Positions 9,336 through 18,407 of a stretch of 64,000 nucleotides of DNA are shown in pieces. The notes beneath the pieces are model-generated. The model was not told where the DNA came from and made no database searches. It was given only the letters and a program-made list of their open reading frames with translations. The stretch is from an uncultured Pelagibacteraceae bacterium (GTDB lineage Bacteria > Pseudomonadota > Alphaproteobacteria > Pelagibacterales > AG-422-B15). The translations under genes were made by a program, and so were the position numbers. Position 1 is the first letter of the stretch, and each line of letters starts with the position of its first letter. Where the stretch lies: the NCBI GenBank assembly GCA_902518955.1, contig CABYIR010000004.1, positions 7,094-71,093 of the forward strand, read 5' to 3'.

Positions 9336-11744
9336 TTATTGTCTTAGCTTTTCTCCAGATTCGTCGTAACAAGGTTTATCAATAATTGAAGCGGTATAAA
9401 ATTCTCCATTAATTTCAACTTCTAAAACTTCATCCGATTTTAATAAATCGTTATTCAAATATGCAAAAGCAATGCTTTTTTGTTCATAGTGACCGAAGCC
9501 TCCAGATGTCACATATCCAATACAAACATCATTCTGCATAACAGCTTCATTATTAGTCACATCAATGTCATTAGTTTCAATTACTAGAGAAAAAAGCTTA
9601 TGATTACTGTCATCTTTATCTGCAGCCTCCTTACCAATAAAATCTTTATCCCAATTTATAAATTCAGAAAGGCCGGTTTCTCTTGGAGTAAAGTCTGGTC
9701 TGAAGTCTAATGTCCACGCGCCCCAGTTTTTTTCAAGCCTCATTGACATTAAAGCTCTTCCACCAAAAGGTTTTATGTTGAATTGTTGCCCTGCTTCTTC
9801 AATAGCCTCGTATAACTTGAGCTGATAGTGTGGTGCTACATACATTTCATATCCCAGTTCTCCAGTAAATGATAACCGATTAACTAATGCAGGAACGCCA
9901 GCAACAAATATTTGTCTCGAATCTCTAAATTTAAATGACTCATTTGAAACATCTTCTCTGACTAATAATTGTAGTAAATCTCTTGATTTTGGACCTGAGA
10001 TAGCAAGGCCATGATAGTCATCAGATCTATTTGTATAATTTACTTCATATTGATCTAAGTGTTGTTCAAACCATCGTCGATGTGCCTCCTGTGCAGCGCC
10101 AGAACCATAAACCATAAAATGATCTTCACTAAGGCATGAAACAGTAAGGTCTCCATATAGTTTGCCTTTTTTAGATAACATTGGACTTAAAGCTATACGC
10201 CCTACTTTTGGTATTCTACCTGCCAAAATATAGTCTAAAAATTTTCTTGAATCTTTGCCCTTAAATTCATGTTTAGAAAAATTAGCTATTTCTGTTACTC
10301 CAACATTTTCTCTTACATTCTTAACTTCATTTGAAACATAATTATGGGAACGGGAACGTTTAATGGTTGGATCCTCATATGCATCTTCAGGATTATCAGC
10401 AAACCATAGAACATTTTCGAGTCCGAAGCTGTCACCCATAACTGCACCCATGTTAACAAAACGATCGTATAAAGCTGTCGTCTTTTGTTTTCTCCCTTTT
10501 GGCAACGTTTCATTCGGAAAAGTCATAATAAATCTTCGTTCATAATTTTCAGATGATTTAACTGTTCCATAATGTGGAGAAGCATAATCACCAAACCTCG
10601 CTACATCCATTGCCCAAACATCTATAGATGGCTCACCATCAATAATCCATTCTGCTATACACTTGCCTACACCTCCTCCTTGACAGAATCCAGCCATAAC
10701 ACCAACTGCTACCCAATAATTTTTCATACCTGGAACAGGCCCAATCAGAGGACTTCCATCAGGGCCGAATGTAAAAGGGCCATTAATAATGTTTTTAATT
10801 CCTGCTTTTTCCAAAGCTGGCATCCTCTCAAAACCAATGGCCAATCGATCTTGAATATTTTCTAGCTTCGGCTCTAACAACTCATGTCCAAAATCTAAGG
10901 GTGTCCCCTCTACTTTCCACGGTGTTGACTTAGGTTCATAAGTTCCAAGCAACATGCCTTGGCCTTCTTGTCTAAAATAAATATTGCCATCAAAATCAGT
11001 TCCAATTGGCAGTCTTGATCCGTTGGGCATTGCAGCTATTTCTGGAATTGTATCGGTAATTAAATAGTGATGTTCCATAGGTTGTACTGGCAAATCTAAT
11101 CCTGCGAGTTTTCCAACTTCCCTTGCCCATAGCCCTCCAGCATTAATTACAATTTCTGCATGAATATTTCCCTTATCAGTGAATACATCCCAGGTCCCAT
11201 CCTCTCTTTGCTTGGTATCCTTAACCTCAGTATTTGTATGATAACTGGCGCCGTGAACTTTTGCAGATTTTGCAAATGCATATGTAACACCTGATGGATC
11301 TACTTCTCCGTCAATTGGATCCCATAAAGCTGAAATATATTTTTTTGGATCAATAAGAGGATTTTTTTTTGCAACCTCTTCTAATGAGATAAACTCTTGA
11401 TCAAGGCCCATATATCTAGCTTTTGTTCTTTCTCTTTTCAGGTAATCAGACCAAACTTCATTTGATGCTAAATAAAATCCTCCACTTGGTTTAAAGCCAA
11501 CTGAATGTCCTGATGTCTCTTCAATTTCTTTATATAAGTTTATTGTATAGGCCATCAGTCTGGATATGTTTGGATCTGAAGAAATGACATGAACATTTCC
11601 TGCGGCATGCCAAGAAGATCCTGCTGTTAATTCTTTCCGTTCAAGAAGAACGCAGTCCTTCATCCCAAACTTTGCTAAATGGAAAAGAATAGAACAACCT
11701 ACTACTCCCCCACCAATAACAACAACTTTAGCGTGATTTTGCAT
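9336..11744 (-). CDS. Dimethylglycine (or sarcosine) dehydrogenase: FAD oxidoreductase fused to a GcvT folate-binding domain
   Basis: 802 aa. N-terminal dinucleotide fold VVVIGGGVVGCSILFHL. C-terminal aminomethyltransferase-type region (LAISGPKSRDLL, SFTGELGYEMY). Lies directly downstream of the BHMT-like gene. Confidence 0.8.
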   Translation of the reverse strand: MQNHAKVVVIGGGVVGCSILFHLAKFGMKDCVLLERKELTAGSSWHAAGNVHVISSDPNISRLMAYTINLYKEIEETSGHSVGFKPSGGFYLASNEVWSDYLKRERTKARYMGLDQEFISLEEVAKKNPLIDPKKYISALWDPIDGEVDPSGVTYAFAKSAKVHGASYHTNTEVKDTKQREDGTWDVFTDKGNIHAEIVINAGGLWAREVGKLAGLDLPVQPMEHHYLITDTIPEIAAMPNGSRLPIGTDFDGNIYFRQEGQGMLLGTYEPKSTPWKVEGTPLDFGHELLEPKLENIQDRLAIGFERMPALEKAGIKNIINGPFTFGPDGSPLIGPVPGMKNYWVAVGVMAGFCQGGGVGKCIAEWIIDGEPSIDVWAMDVARFGDYASPHYGTVKSSENYERRFIMTFPNETLPKGRKQKTTALYDRFVNMGAVMGDSFGLENVLWFADNPEDAYEDPTIKRSRSHNYVSNEVKNVRENVGVTEIANFSKHEFKGKDSRKFLDYILAGRIPKVGRIALSPMLSKKGKLYGDLTVSCLSEDHFMVYGSGAAQEAHRRWFEQHLDQYEVNYTNRSDDYHGLAISGPKSRDLLQLLVREDVSNESFKFRDSRQIFVAGVPALVNRLSFTGELGYEMYVAPHYQLKLYEAIEEAGQQFNIKPFGGRALMSMRLEKNWGAWTLDFRPDFTPRETGLSEFINWDKDFIGKEAADKDDSNHKLFSLVIETNDIDVTNNEAVMQNDVCIGYVTSGGFGHYEQKSIAFAYLNNDLLKSDEVLEVEINGEFYTASIIDKPCYDESGEKLRQ

Positions 11745-11746
11745 TC

Positions 11747-12787
11747 TTAAGGTGTAAATTCTTTATTTACCTGCTTAAGAGTTTCGTCTGTTCCATGATG
11801 AAAATGTTTTCTCATGTCCGGCATATATTTCATCGAAATTGGTTTCTTGCCAACTGCAACTGACATCTCTCTCACATGATGTGCTTCAGCACCACAACAA
11901 ATTCCAATAAAGTTGATATTTTTTTCCATGCAGTCTTTTGCAAATTCCGCCATTTCAAAGCGATTACAAAAAAGATTATCCAAAGCTACAGGAAATGCAT
12001 TATCTCCAGGAATACAATTACACCCATCATCTGAAATATTTAAAAAACCAGGTTCCTTTTCTGTGGTTCGATAAGGCACTGGCAATCCAGCGACATGGCA
12101 AGATACTTTATCTCTTATTTTTTCTAGAAGTTTCATGGTCATATCGGGCCCTCGATAACAGTTTAAGCCAACCACATCTGCTCCTAAGTCTTCCATCATC
12201 TTACACGCATCTTCAGGAGTGTGTCCTTCTCTTGTTTTATCTCCCCTTGGGATCGCAAAATTTGCAACTGCAACCATACCTTCATCTTTGATTGTTTTTA
12301 AAGCAATTTTCATTTCCTCAGTCCAGTTAATTGTCTCAGCGACAATGAAATCAACCCCTGCTTCCTTTGCCCACGCCACTTGTTCTTCATACATCTTCTG
12401 ACATTGAATAAGAGATTTTTTATCATTTGGATCATAAATATTTGTATTTGCTACATCTCCACAAACCATAAGATCTAAATCTTTGTATTCATTAGCCGCA
12501 TCTTTTGCAATTTGAAGAGCATTCTTCTGTAAAGACTCTAATAAATGTTCTTTTCCAATTATTCTTAACTTTTCTCTGTGGCCATAATAAGTGAAAGCTT
12601 GGACAACATCAGATCCTGCTCTTATAAATTCTCTATGTAATTGAGTAACAACTTCTGGGTGTTCCAAAACAACTTCAGGAACAAATCCTCCTGCAGATAA
12701 GTAACCTCTTCGTTCCATTGCGAATAAATAACCTTCAGCACAAATGATAGGACCTTCATTTAATCTGGAAATTAGATCTTTTTTCAT
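11747..12787 (-). CDS. Betaine-homocysteine S-methyltransferase-like (homocysteine S-methyltransferase domain)
   Basis: GPIICAEGYLFAMERRGY N-terminus. Zn-ligand cysteines in VGLNCYRGP and IGICCGAE. ATG at 12787 preferred over the TTG at 12802 used by the track. Confidence 0.75.
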   Translation of the reverse strand: MKKDLISRLNEGPIICAEGYLFAMERRGYLSAGGFVPEVVLEHPEVVTQLHREFIRAGSDVVQAFTYYGHREKLRIIGKEHLLESLQKNALQIAKDAANEYKDLDLMVCGDVANTNIYDPNDKKSLIQCQKMYEEQVAWAKEAGVDFIVAETINWTEEMKIALKTIKDEGMVAVANFAIPRGDKTREGHTPEDACKMMEDLGADVVGLNCYRGPDMTMKLLEKIRDKVSCHVAGLPVPYRTTEKEPGFLNISDDGCNCIPGDNAFPVALDNLFCNRFEMAEFAKDCMEKNINFIGICCGAEAHHVREMSVAVGKKPISMKYMPDMRKHFHHGTDETLKQVNKEFTP

Positions 12788-12816
12788 ACTTTTTGGCCTC
12801 AAATAATTATGATTAA

Positions 12817-12845
12817 ATTAATTACCTAAAAATAGACTCTGTCAA
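12817..12845 (-). promoter_or_regulatory. Weak sigma70-like promoter candidate upstream of the BHMT-like gene
   Basis: On the minus strand: TTGACA (12845-12840), a 17-nt spacer, then ATTAAT (12822-12817). Only a hexamer match. Confidence 0.25.
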
Positions 12846-12855
12846 TAAAATTAGA

Positions 12856-14040
12856 CTAAGCAGTTAAATTTTCTGCTATCCATTTATGAAATAAGTGTGT
12901 TGGACTATCCATAACTGGAGAAAAGTTCCCGCCATTATAAACTGGTGATTTTCTTCCGTTTTGCATCCCCTCTATTGCACTTACATCTTCATTCATAACT
13001 TCTTGCCAAAATATCAAATTTTTCTCTCTTAATTCTTTGTAATCATTACTGCAAGCACTCTCTTCTCCAACATAATACATTTCAAAATGTTCTTTTGTTT
13101 GAGTCATAGACAATGGCTCTAACCAAAATGCAAAAAAATGATCAACGTGGATCCCTAACATTAAATTTGGAAATAAAGATACATATTCAGAGTTCTCATA
13201 AAGATGGTTTGGCCAACTCGGAAACGTAGACAACTTTTTATTTCCATCAAGTTGCTGTGAATATTTTTTACTTCCTTGTCCTGAGAATAACTTATTATCA
13301 TCTTCTATATGATAATGATCTTCAATATTTGAAACACGATTCAATTCTGGATGAATAGTTGGCAAGTGATAACTTTCACAGTAATTTTCAATAGCAAACT
13401 TCCAGTTACTATTTACACTCATTTCAAAATTACCAAAATTTTTTGCATGATAAATTAATTTTTGATCATCTTTAGATATGAATTTTGACCAACGATCCTC
13501 GAGAGGCTTTATACTTATATCAAAATCTTTTGCACGAGAATCAATATTAACAAAAACTAAATCCATCCAAACTTTAGAACGAACTTCTTTTAGATTGCTT
13601 CTTCTCTTATAAAAACCTTCTACGTCATGATGACTCAGTCCACCAATATGAGGAGTCCGAACTAGTTCTCCATTAAAATCATAAGACCATGAATGATAAG
13701 GACATACGATAAAGTTTTTTTTCTTGCATTGTTTATCAACTAACTTATGTCCTCTGTGACTACATACGTTATGAAAAACTCTGATATTTTGATTTTTGTC
13801 TCTAATAATAATCAAAGGAATACCAATCAAATCAAATGGTTTTGTATCACCCGATGCCGGTACTGAGCTAGCAGTTCCAATAACAGTCCAATTGTTTATA
13901 AAGACATGATCTCTCTCATATTCTAAGTACTCATCATTTGTATAGCATTCGTTTGGAAGGCCGTGAGCTTCTGAAATATTCTTCTTAACAATTTCAATTT
14001 TTTCAACTTCTATAATGTCTGATAGATTTTTACTCTTCAT
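12856..14040 (-). CDS. Rieske [2Fe-2S] non-heme-iron oxygenase, alpha/oxygenase component (GbcA/CntA/Stc2-type N-demethylase-like)
   Basis: Rieske motif CSHRGHKL...CPYHSW. Catalytic-domain block NWKFAIENYCESYHLPTIHPEL (H-x4-H iron ligands). ATG at 14040 preferred; a GTG at 14052 is also possible. Confidence 0.8.
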   Translation of the reverse strand: MKSKNLSDIIEVEKIEIVKKNISEAHGLPNECYTNDEYLEYERDHVFINNWTVIGTASSVPASGDTKPFDLIGIPLIIIRDKNQNIRVFHNVCSHRGHKLVDKQCKKKNFIVCPYHSWSYDFNGELVRTPHIGGLSHHDVEGFYKRRSNLKEVRSKVWMDLVFVNIDSRAKDFDISIKPLEDRWSKFISKDDQKLIYHAKNFGNFEMSVNSNWKFAIENYCESYHLPTIHPELNRVSNIEDHYHIEDDNKLFSGQGSKKYSQQLDGNKKLSTFPSWPNHLYENSEYVSLFPNLMLGIHVDHFFAFWLEPLSMTQTKEHFEMYYVGEESACSNDYKELREKNLIFWQEVMNEDVSAIEGMQNGRKSPVYNGGNFSPVMDSPTHLFHKWIAENLTA

Positions 14041-14068
14041 TGGATTTACCACTCTGAATAATGCTTAA

Positions 14069-16222
14069 TCAATCGATCCCTAAGGCTTTTTTTCTTTTGT
14101 CTGCATAAGTTCTGATTAAATGATCAACAATCAAACCAATAAATGCAACGCAGATACCAAGTATAAGTCCTTTCCCTCCACCTTGTTTATCTGAAAGGGC
14201 TTTTAAAATATATTGTCCCAAATCCTCAGTACCAATAAAAGCTCCAATTATCACCATAAATAGAGCAAAAACGACGGTTTGATTGATGCCTAACATGATA
14301 TGAGGAAAAGCTAGAGGAAAATCAATCTTAACTAATCTTTGCATATTATTTACACCGGACATTGCACCCGCATCATGCAAGGCCGGTGGTATACTTCGCA
14401 GGCCTTCTACTGTGTATCTTGTTGCAGGAATAGTTGCGTATACAATTACTGCAATCAATACCGCTGTATCCGTAACACCAAAAAGCATCATGACAGGTAT
14501 TAAATAAACAAAAGATGGAAATGTCTGGAAGATATCACAGACAGCTAAAATAAATTTTGAAGCAGAGTTGTTTTGTGCACAAATAGTTCCAACAGTTATT
14601 CCAATTATACTAGATACAATTACTCCAACGGTTGCCATGTAAGCTGTTACAAGAGCTCTATCCCACCATTCAGTTAGAGCAATAAATAGGGTTAAGCTTC
14701 CGACAACAAGAGCTGAACGAAGACCCCCAATTATATATCCAGTACCCATAACTAGAACAAACGTCGCAACAATTGGCATTCTTAGAAATGCAGCCCTCAT
14801 TGGTTGTAATACATCGACGATCAACCAAGTATTAAATACTTTTAATGGATAGAAAAATGTCTCCCAGATCCAATCAACACCTTTATCCCAAAATTCTTCT
14901 GTAGAAATTCCTTTATTATGAGGAACTTCAAATAAATAATTATAACCTTCTTTAAAATAAACGGATCCAAAATATGCAAGTATTAGACCTATAAATATAG
15001 AAGCACAAAAAATTAAACTTATTCTATTTCTCTCAAAAAAATTAAGGTTTGCAAAATAATCAGTTTGTTTATTTGCCCACGCAAGAGACATTTTATCTAA
15101 TAATACTGCTATTAAACTTATACAAATTCCCGCCTCAAGAGCCAGTCCAATTCGTAGTTGATTCAATGCTAATAATAAATTCCAACCAAGTCCCTTAGCA
15201 CCAATAAAAGAAGCAATAACTGCCATTGCTAAACACTGCATGATTACTTGGTTTACCCCAATCAATATATCTCGTTTAGCTGTTGGGATTAAAACTCTGA
15301 ACATAAGTTGAAAATCACTGCAGCCACTCATTTTTCCAGCTTCAATTACTTCAGGTGAAATTCCTCTAAGTCCGAGCAAAGTAAGTCGTACCATTGGAGG
15401 AGTAGCAAATATTATTGTAGCCAAAGCTCCTGCATGGTCTCCTATTCCAAACAAAACCATAACTGGAACGAGGTAAGCGTATTGAGGGGTGGTCTGCATT
15501 ACTTGAAGGATGGGATTAAGTGTATTTTCAACCCTCTTACTCTTATAGGCCCAAATACCTAAACTTAATCCTAGAACAAATGAAATCGGAGCTGCAACTA
15601 AAACAAACGATAGTGTTTCCATTGCAGGTTTCCATTGACCGAATATAGAAATATAAATCATTGTAAGTCCAGCAAATACTGCAAGACCTTTTCCATTAAG
15701 TTTATAGCCAATTAAAACAGCGCCCGCTGTCACTATCGTCCATGGTATTCCCGGTAATTCAGCCCATGGATTAGCATCAATCCAATCCCAACTAGTAAAT
15801 GTAACTACAGTTTTAACTCCCCCAATTAAAATTTCACGGATAAATTCTATTAAGAATAGAAGACTTGCCGAAATAACTCTGGTTATCTGTAGAATTAATG
15901 GACGCGTTTTATACTCTTGAATATCTTCATCCCAAAACTCTAAAGGCATCCAATCATTTAATAAAAAATATATAGAGTCATTCACCCAAATTGGTAGCCA
16001 CGCTAGCCAAGGAGGGAGTCTCCATAAAAATTCAAAAAACGAATATCTTACAGTTGTTCCTAAAAAGCTATATTCAGACTGACCCTCAACAACAGAAAAT
16101 TCAGCTTGGGCTCTGATAAATTTATAGCCCTCGGGTATATCAATTGCAAAAATTAACCCAAAAAAAGCAATAAATAAAAGGACCCATTGTAAGAGAGTTG
16201 AATGTTTATTTATAAAATTCAT
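14069..16222 (-). CDS. ABC transporter permease, tandem-fused double ProW/OpuAB-type (TmoW-like)
   Basis: 717 aa. Two homologous BPD-type halves, each with an EAA loop (PEVIEAGKMSGCSDFQLMFRVLIP and PALHDAGAMSGVNNMQRLVKIDFP). Confidence 0.85.
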   Translation of the reverse strand: MNFINKHSTLLQWVLLFIAFFGLIFAIDIPEGYKFIRAQAEFSVVEGQSEYSFLGTTVRYSFFEFLWRLPPWLAWLPIWVNDSIYFLLNDWMPLEFWDEDIQEYKTRPLILQITRVISASLLFLIEFIREILIGGVKTVVTFTSWDWIDANPWAELPGIPWTIVTAGAVLIGYKLNGKGLAVFAGLTMIYISIFGQWKPAMETLSFVLVAAPISFVLGLSLGIWAYKSKRVENTLNPILQVMQTTPQYAYLVPVMVLFGIGDHAGALATIIFATPPMVRLTLLGLRGISPEVIEAGKMSGCSDFQLMFRVLIPTAKRDILIGVNQVIMQCLAMAVIASFIGAKGLGWNLLLALNQLRIGLALEAGICISLIAVLLDKMSLAWANKQTDYFANLNFFERNRISLIFCASIFIGLILAYFGSVYFKEGYNYLFEVPHNKGISTEEFWDKGVDWIWETFFYPLKVFNTWLIVDVLQPMRAAFLRMPIVATFVLVMGTGYIIGGLRSALVVGSLTLFIALTEWWDRALVTAYMATVGVIVSSIIGITVGTICAQNNSASKFILAVCDIFQTFPSFVYLIPVMMLFGVTDTAVLIAVIVYATIPATRYTVEGLRSIPPALHDAGAMSGVNNMQRLVKIDFPLAFPHIMLGINQTVVFALFMVIIGAFIGTEDLGQYILKALSDKQGGGKGLILGICVAFIGLIVDHLIRTYADKRKKALGID

Positions 16223-16234
16223 AACTTATAAAAT

Positions 16235-17266
16235 TTAGTCTACATTTCCAAATACTACTTGAATAACTTTTGATCTTTTTACGATACCAACAACTTTTTC
16301 ATTAGTGTCAATCACAGGTATTGGTTTTTCTTGATTTAAAATTCTTTCAGCAACTGTTTCAATTATTGCATCTTTTGAAACTTTAAATTCACTTAAGTGT
16401 GATTCTGTAGAAATAGGATCCATAACTGATTCTATTCTTAGAACCTTTTCTCTTGGAACTTCTTGAGTAAATTTACGTACGTATTCAGTTGCAGGATTTA
16501 AAACAATGTTAGCGGGTGTATCTAACTGCTCAATTATTCCATCCTTCATAATAGCAATTCGATCTGCAAGTTTTAAAGCCTCATCAAAATCGTGAGTTAC
16601 AAATAAAATTGTTTTCTTCAAAGTACTTTGTAATCTCAAAAATTCATCCTGCATTTCTTTTCTAATTAAAGGATCAAGAGCTGAAAAAGGCTCATCTAAA
16701 AACCATATGTCTGGTTCAACCGCTAAAGATCTTGCTATACCTACTCGTTGTTGCTGTCCGCCAGATAATTCTCTAGGAAAATAGTTTTCTCTTCCATCAA
16801 GTCCTACCAGCTCGAGCATTTCTAATGCTTTTGAAATGCTATCATTTGTTTTAACTCCCTTAATTTGAAGAGGAAAGGCAATATTTTCTAGTACCGTCTT
16901 ATGCGGCAATAAAGCAAAGCTTTGAAAAACCATACCCATTTTATTTCTTCTTAATTCAATTAATTCATTATTTTTTAAAGAAAGAAGATCTTGGCCATCT
17001 ATAAAAATCTTACCTGCAGTTGCATCTGTCAGTCTAGATATACACCGAAGTAAAGTTGATTTTCCAGATCCTGAAAGACCCATGACCACCAACATCTCTC
17101 CTCTAGCAACATCAAACGATGCATTATTTACCCCAACGATACATCCTGCATCTTGAAAAACTTTCGCATCAACATTTCCATTTGATTCGTTAAGCATTTT
17201 TTTTGCATTTGCACCAAAAATTTTATAGACGGATTCACATTTGATTACTGGATCTAAAGAAGTCAT
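16235..17266 (-). CDS. ABC transporter ATP-binding protein, ProV/OpuAA-type with C-terminal CBS-like region (TmoV-like)
   Basis: Walker A GLSGSGKST, signature LSGGQQQRV, Walker B IWFLDEPFSALD. Confidence 0.9.
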   Translation of the reverse strand: MTSLDPVIKCESVYKIFGANAKKMLNESNGNVDAKVFQDAGCIVGVNNASFDVARGEMLVVMGLSGSGKSTLLRCISRLTDATAGKIFIDGQDLLSLKNNELIELRRNKMGMVFQSFALLPHKTVLENIAFPLQIKGVKTNDSISKALEMLELVGLDGRENYFPRELSGGQQQRVGIARSLAVEPDIWFLDEPFSALDPLIRKEMQDEFLRLQSTLKKTILFVTHDFDEALKLADRIAIMKDGIIEQLDTPANIVLNPATEYVRKFTQEVPREKVLRIESVMDPISTESHLSEFKVSKDAIIETVAERILNQEKPIPVIDTNEKVVGIVKRSKVIQVVFGNVD

Positions 17267-17325
17267 AAATATATCCTATTAATGTATACCAAAATATGGA
17301 AAAAATCCCTCATTTTAAAAATCCT

Positions 17326-17871
17326 TTAAAAATTTTTTATGAAATATACTCTAGTATCAACTCCAGTATTTAAAAATCCTTTTGCTTGACCGATAACAGT
17401 TACTGTCTCTGTTGAACCTTGAAGAGCTTTAATTGTATATTCGGCTAAACAGATATTATTAGCACTATCCCACTTAACAGAATATCTATCAATTTTGTTC
17501 CCATTATCATTATAAAGTCCTTGAGCTGAAATATCAGTTATATTTGCTCCCATAATAGAACGTTGAGTAATTATCTTAGTATTTTTGCAGATGGTTTCAT
17601 ATTCATTCATAGATAGTGTATATCCATCATCACTTTCATAGAAATTTAATTTACCACTTGGCAGCTCAAAGATAAAATCATCATAGTCATCAACATTTTC
17701 CTTTTCGATATCAACTTTTTCTATTGCAGGTTCGAGTTTGTCTTTTTTAAAAATACTATTTAAAATTAAAAATAAGAAAATTATTGTGAATATAAGAATA
17801 AAAAGACCTGTTAACTTACGTGTACCATCTGAATTCACTTTATCTGTCTGTAAGTTATTTTCTAAAACCAT
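17326..17871 (-). CDS. Hypothetical signal-anchored periplasmic protein
   Basis: 181 aa. Single N-terminal TM (LTGLFILIFTIIFLFLILNSIF), then an acidic linker and a domain of about 120 aa with two Cys. No family recognised. Starts 5 nt after the MORN gene stop. Confidence 0.5.
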   Translation of the reverse strand: MVLENNLQTDKVNSDGTRKLTGLFILIFTIIFLFLILNSIFKKDKLEPAIEKVDIEKENVDDYDDFIFELPSGKLNFYESDDGYTLSMNEYETICKNTKIITQRSIMGANITDISAQGLYNDNGNKIDRYSVKWDSANNICLAEYTIKALQGSTETVTVIGQAKGFLNTGVDTRVYFIKNF

Positions 17872-17876
17872 TATTT

Positions 17877-18326
17877 CTAATTAGATTCTACTAACTCTCC
17901 TTTATTCCAAATTCCTTTTAAGATCGTACCATCTACATTGATCTGAGTTCCTTCGCCATGCCTACTACTATCAAGAAAACCACCGGTATAGAGGTCCCCA
18001 TTTGCCCAAGTGAATGAGCCTTGTCCACTCATATTATCATTGACCCATTCACCTTCATATTTGGAGCCATCAGGAAAAATCAATTTTCCTTGACCATGCC
18101 ATTGGCTATCGCTGAATGTACCAGTATAGATATAGCCATTTGGCCAAGTTTCTGTTCCTTGACCATGTTTTAAGCTATTATTCCACTCGCCCTCATAAAC
18201 TGTCTTATCAGTATAAGTCCAGGTTCCAACACCATTCTCACAATCTCCCTCACATCCAGTTTTACGCGCATAAGCAGAGTTAGAAATTAACAAACATAAA
18301 AAAATAAAAATAGATAAACTCTTCAT
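17877..18326 (-). CDS. Secreted MORN-repeat protein
   Basis: 149 aa. Signal peptide MKSLSIFIFLCLLISNSAYA. Four full MORN units (YEGEWNNSLKHGQG, YTGTFSDSQWHGQG, YEGEWVNDNMSGQG, YTGGFLDSSRHGEG) plus partial flanking units. Confidence 0.7.
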   Translation of the reverse strand: MKSLSIFIFLCLLISNSAYARKTGCEGDCENGVGTWTYTDKTVYEGEWNNSLKHGQGTETWPNGYIYTGTFSDSQWHGQGKLIFPDGSKYEGEWVNDNMSGQGSFTWANGDLYTGGFLDSSRHGEGTQINVDGTILKGIWNKGELVESN

Positions 18327-18341
18327 GATCCTAAAAATGAT

Positions 18342-18375
18342 AAAAAAAATCTCCCCTAGTTTACACTAGGGGAGA
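18342..18375 (-). terminator. Intrinsic terminator/attenuator directly after the substrate-binding-protein gene
   Basis: Minus-strand RNA reads TCTCCCCTAGT-GTAA-ACTAGGGGAGA followed by TTTTTTTT: an 11-bp GC-containing stem, a 4-nt loop and a U8 tract. It begins 32 nt after the stop at 18408. Only 15 nt separate the U-tract from the MORN start codon. Confidence 0.7.
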
Positions 18376-18407
18376 GATTAATTTAATAATCTTTATTGAA
18401 AAGACAA

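Noticed and set aside
12788-12855. Possible SAM-II/SAM-V-type riboswitch upstream of the BHMT-like gene. I recall such elements being reported upstream of methionine-cycle genes in Pelagibacter.
   Set aside because: The spacer is only 53-68 nt. I could not find the AAAGCU-type pseudoknot core or a convincing stem arrangement by eye. A covariance-model scan (Rfam SAM-II and SAM-V) would be decisive.
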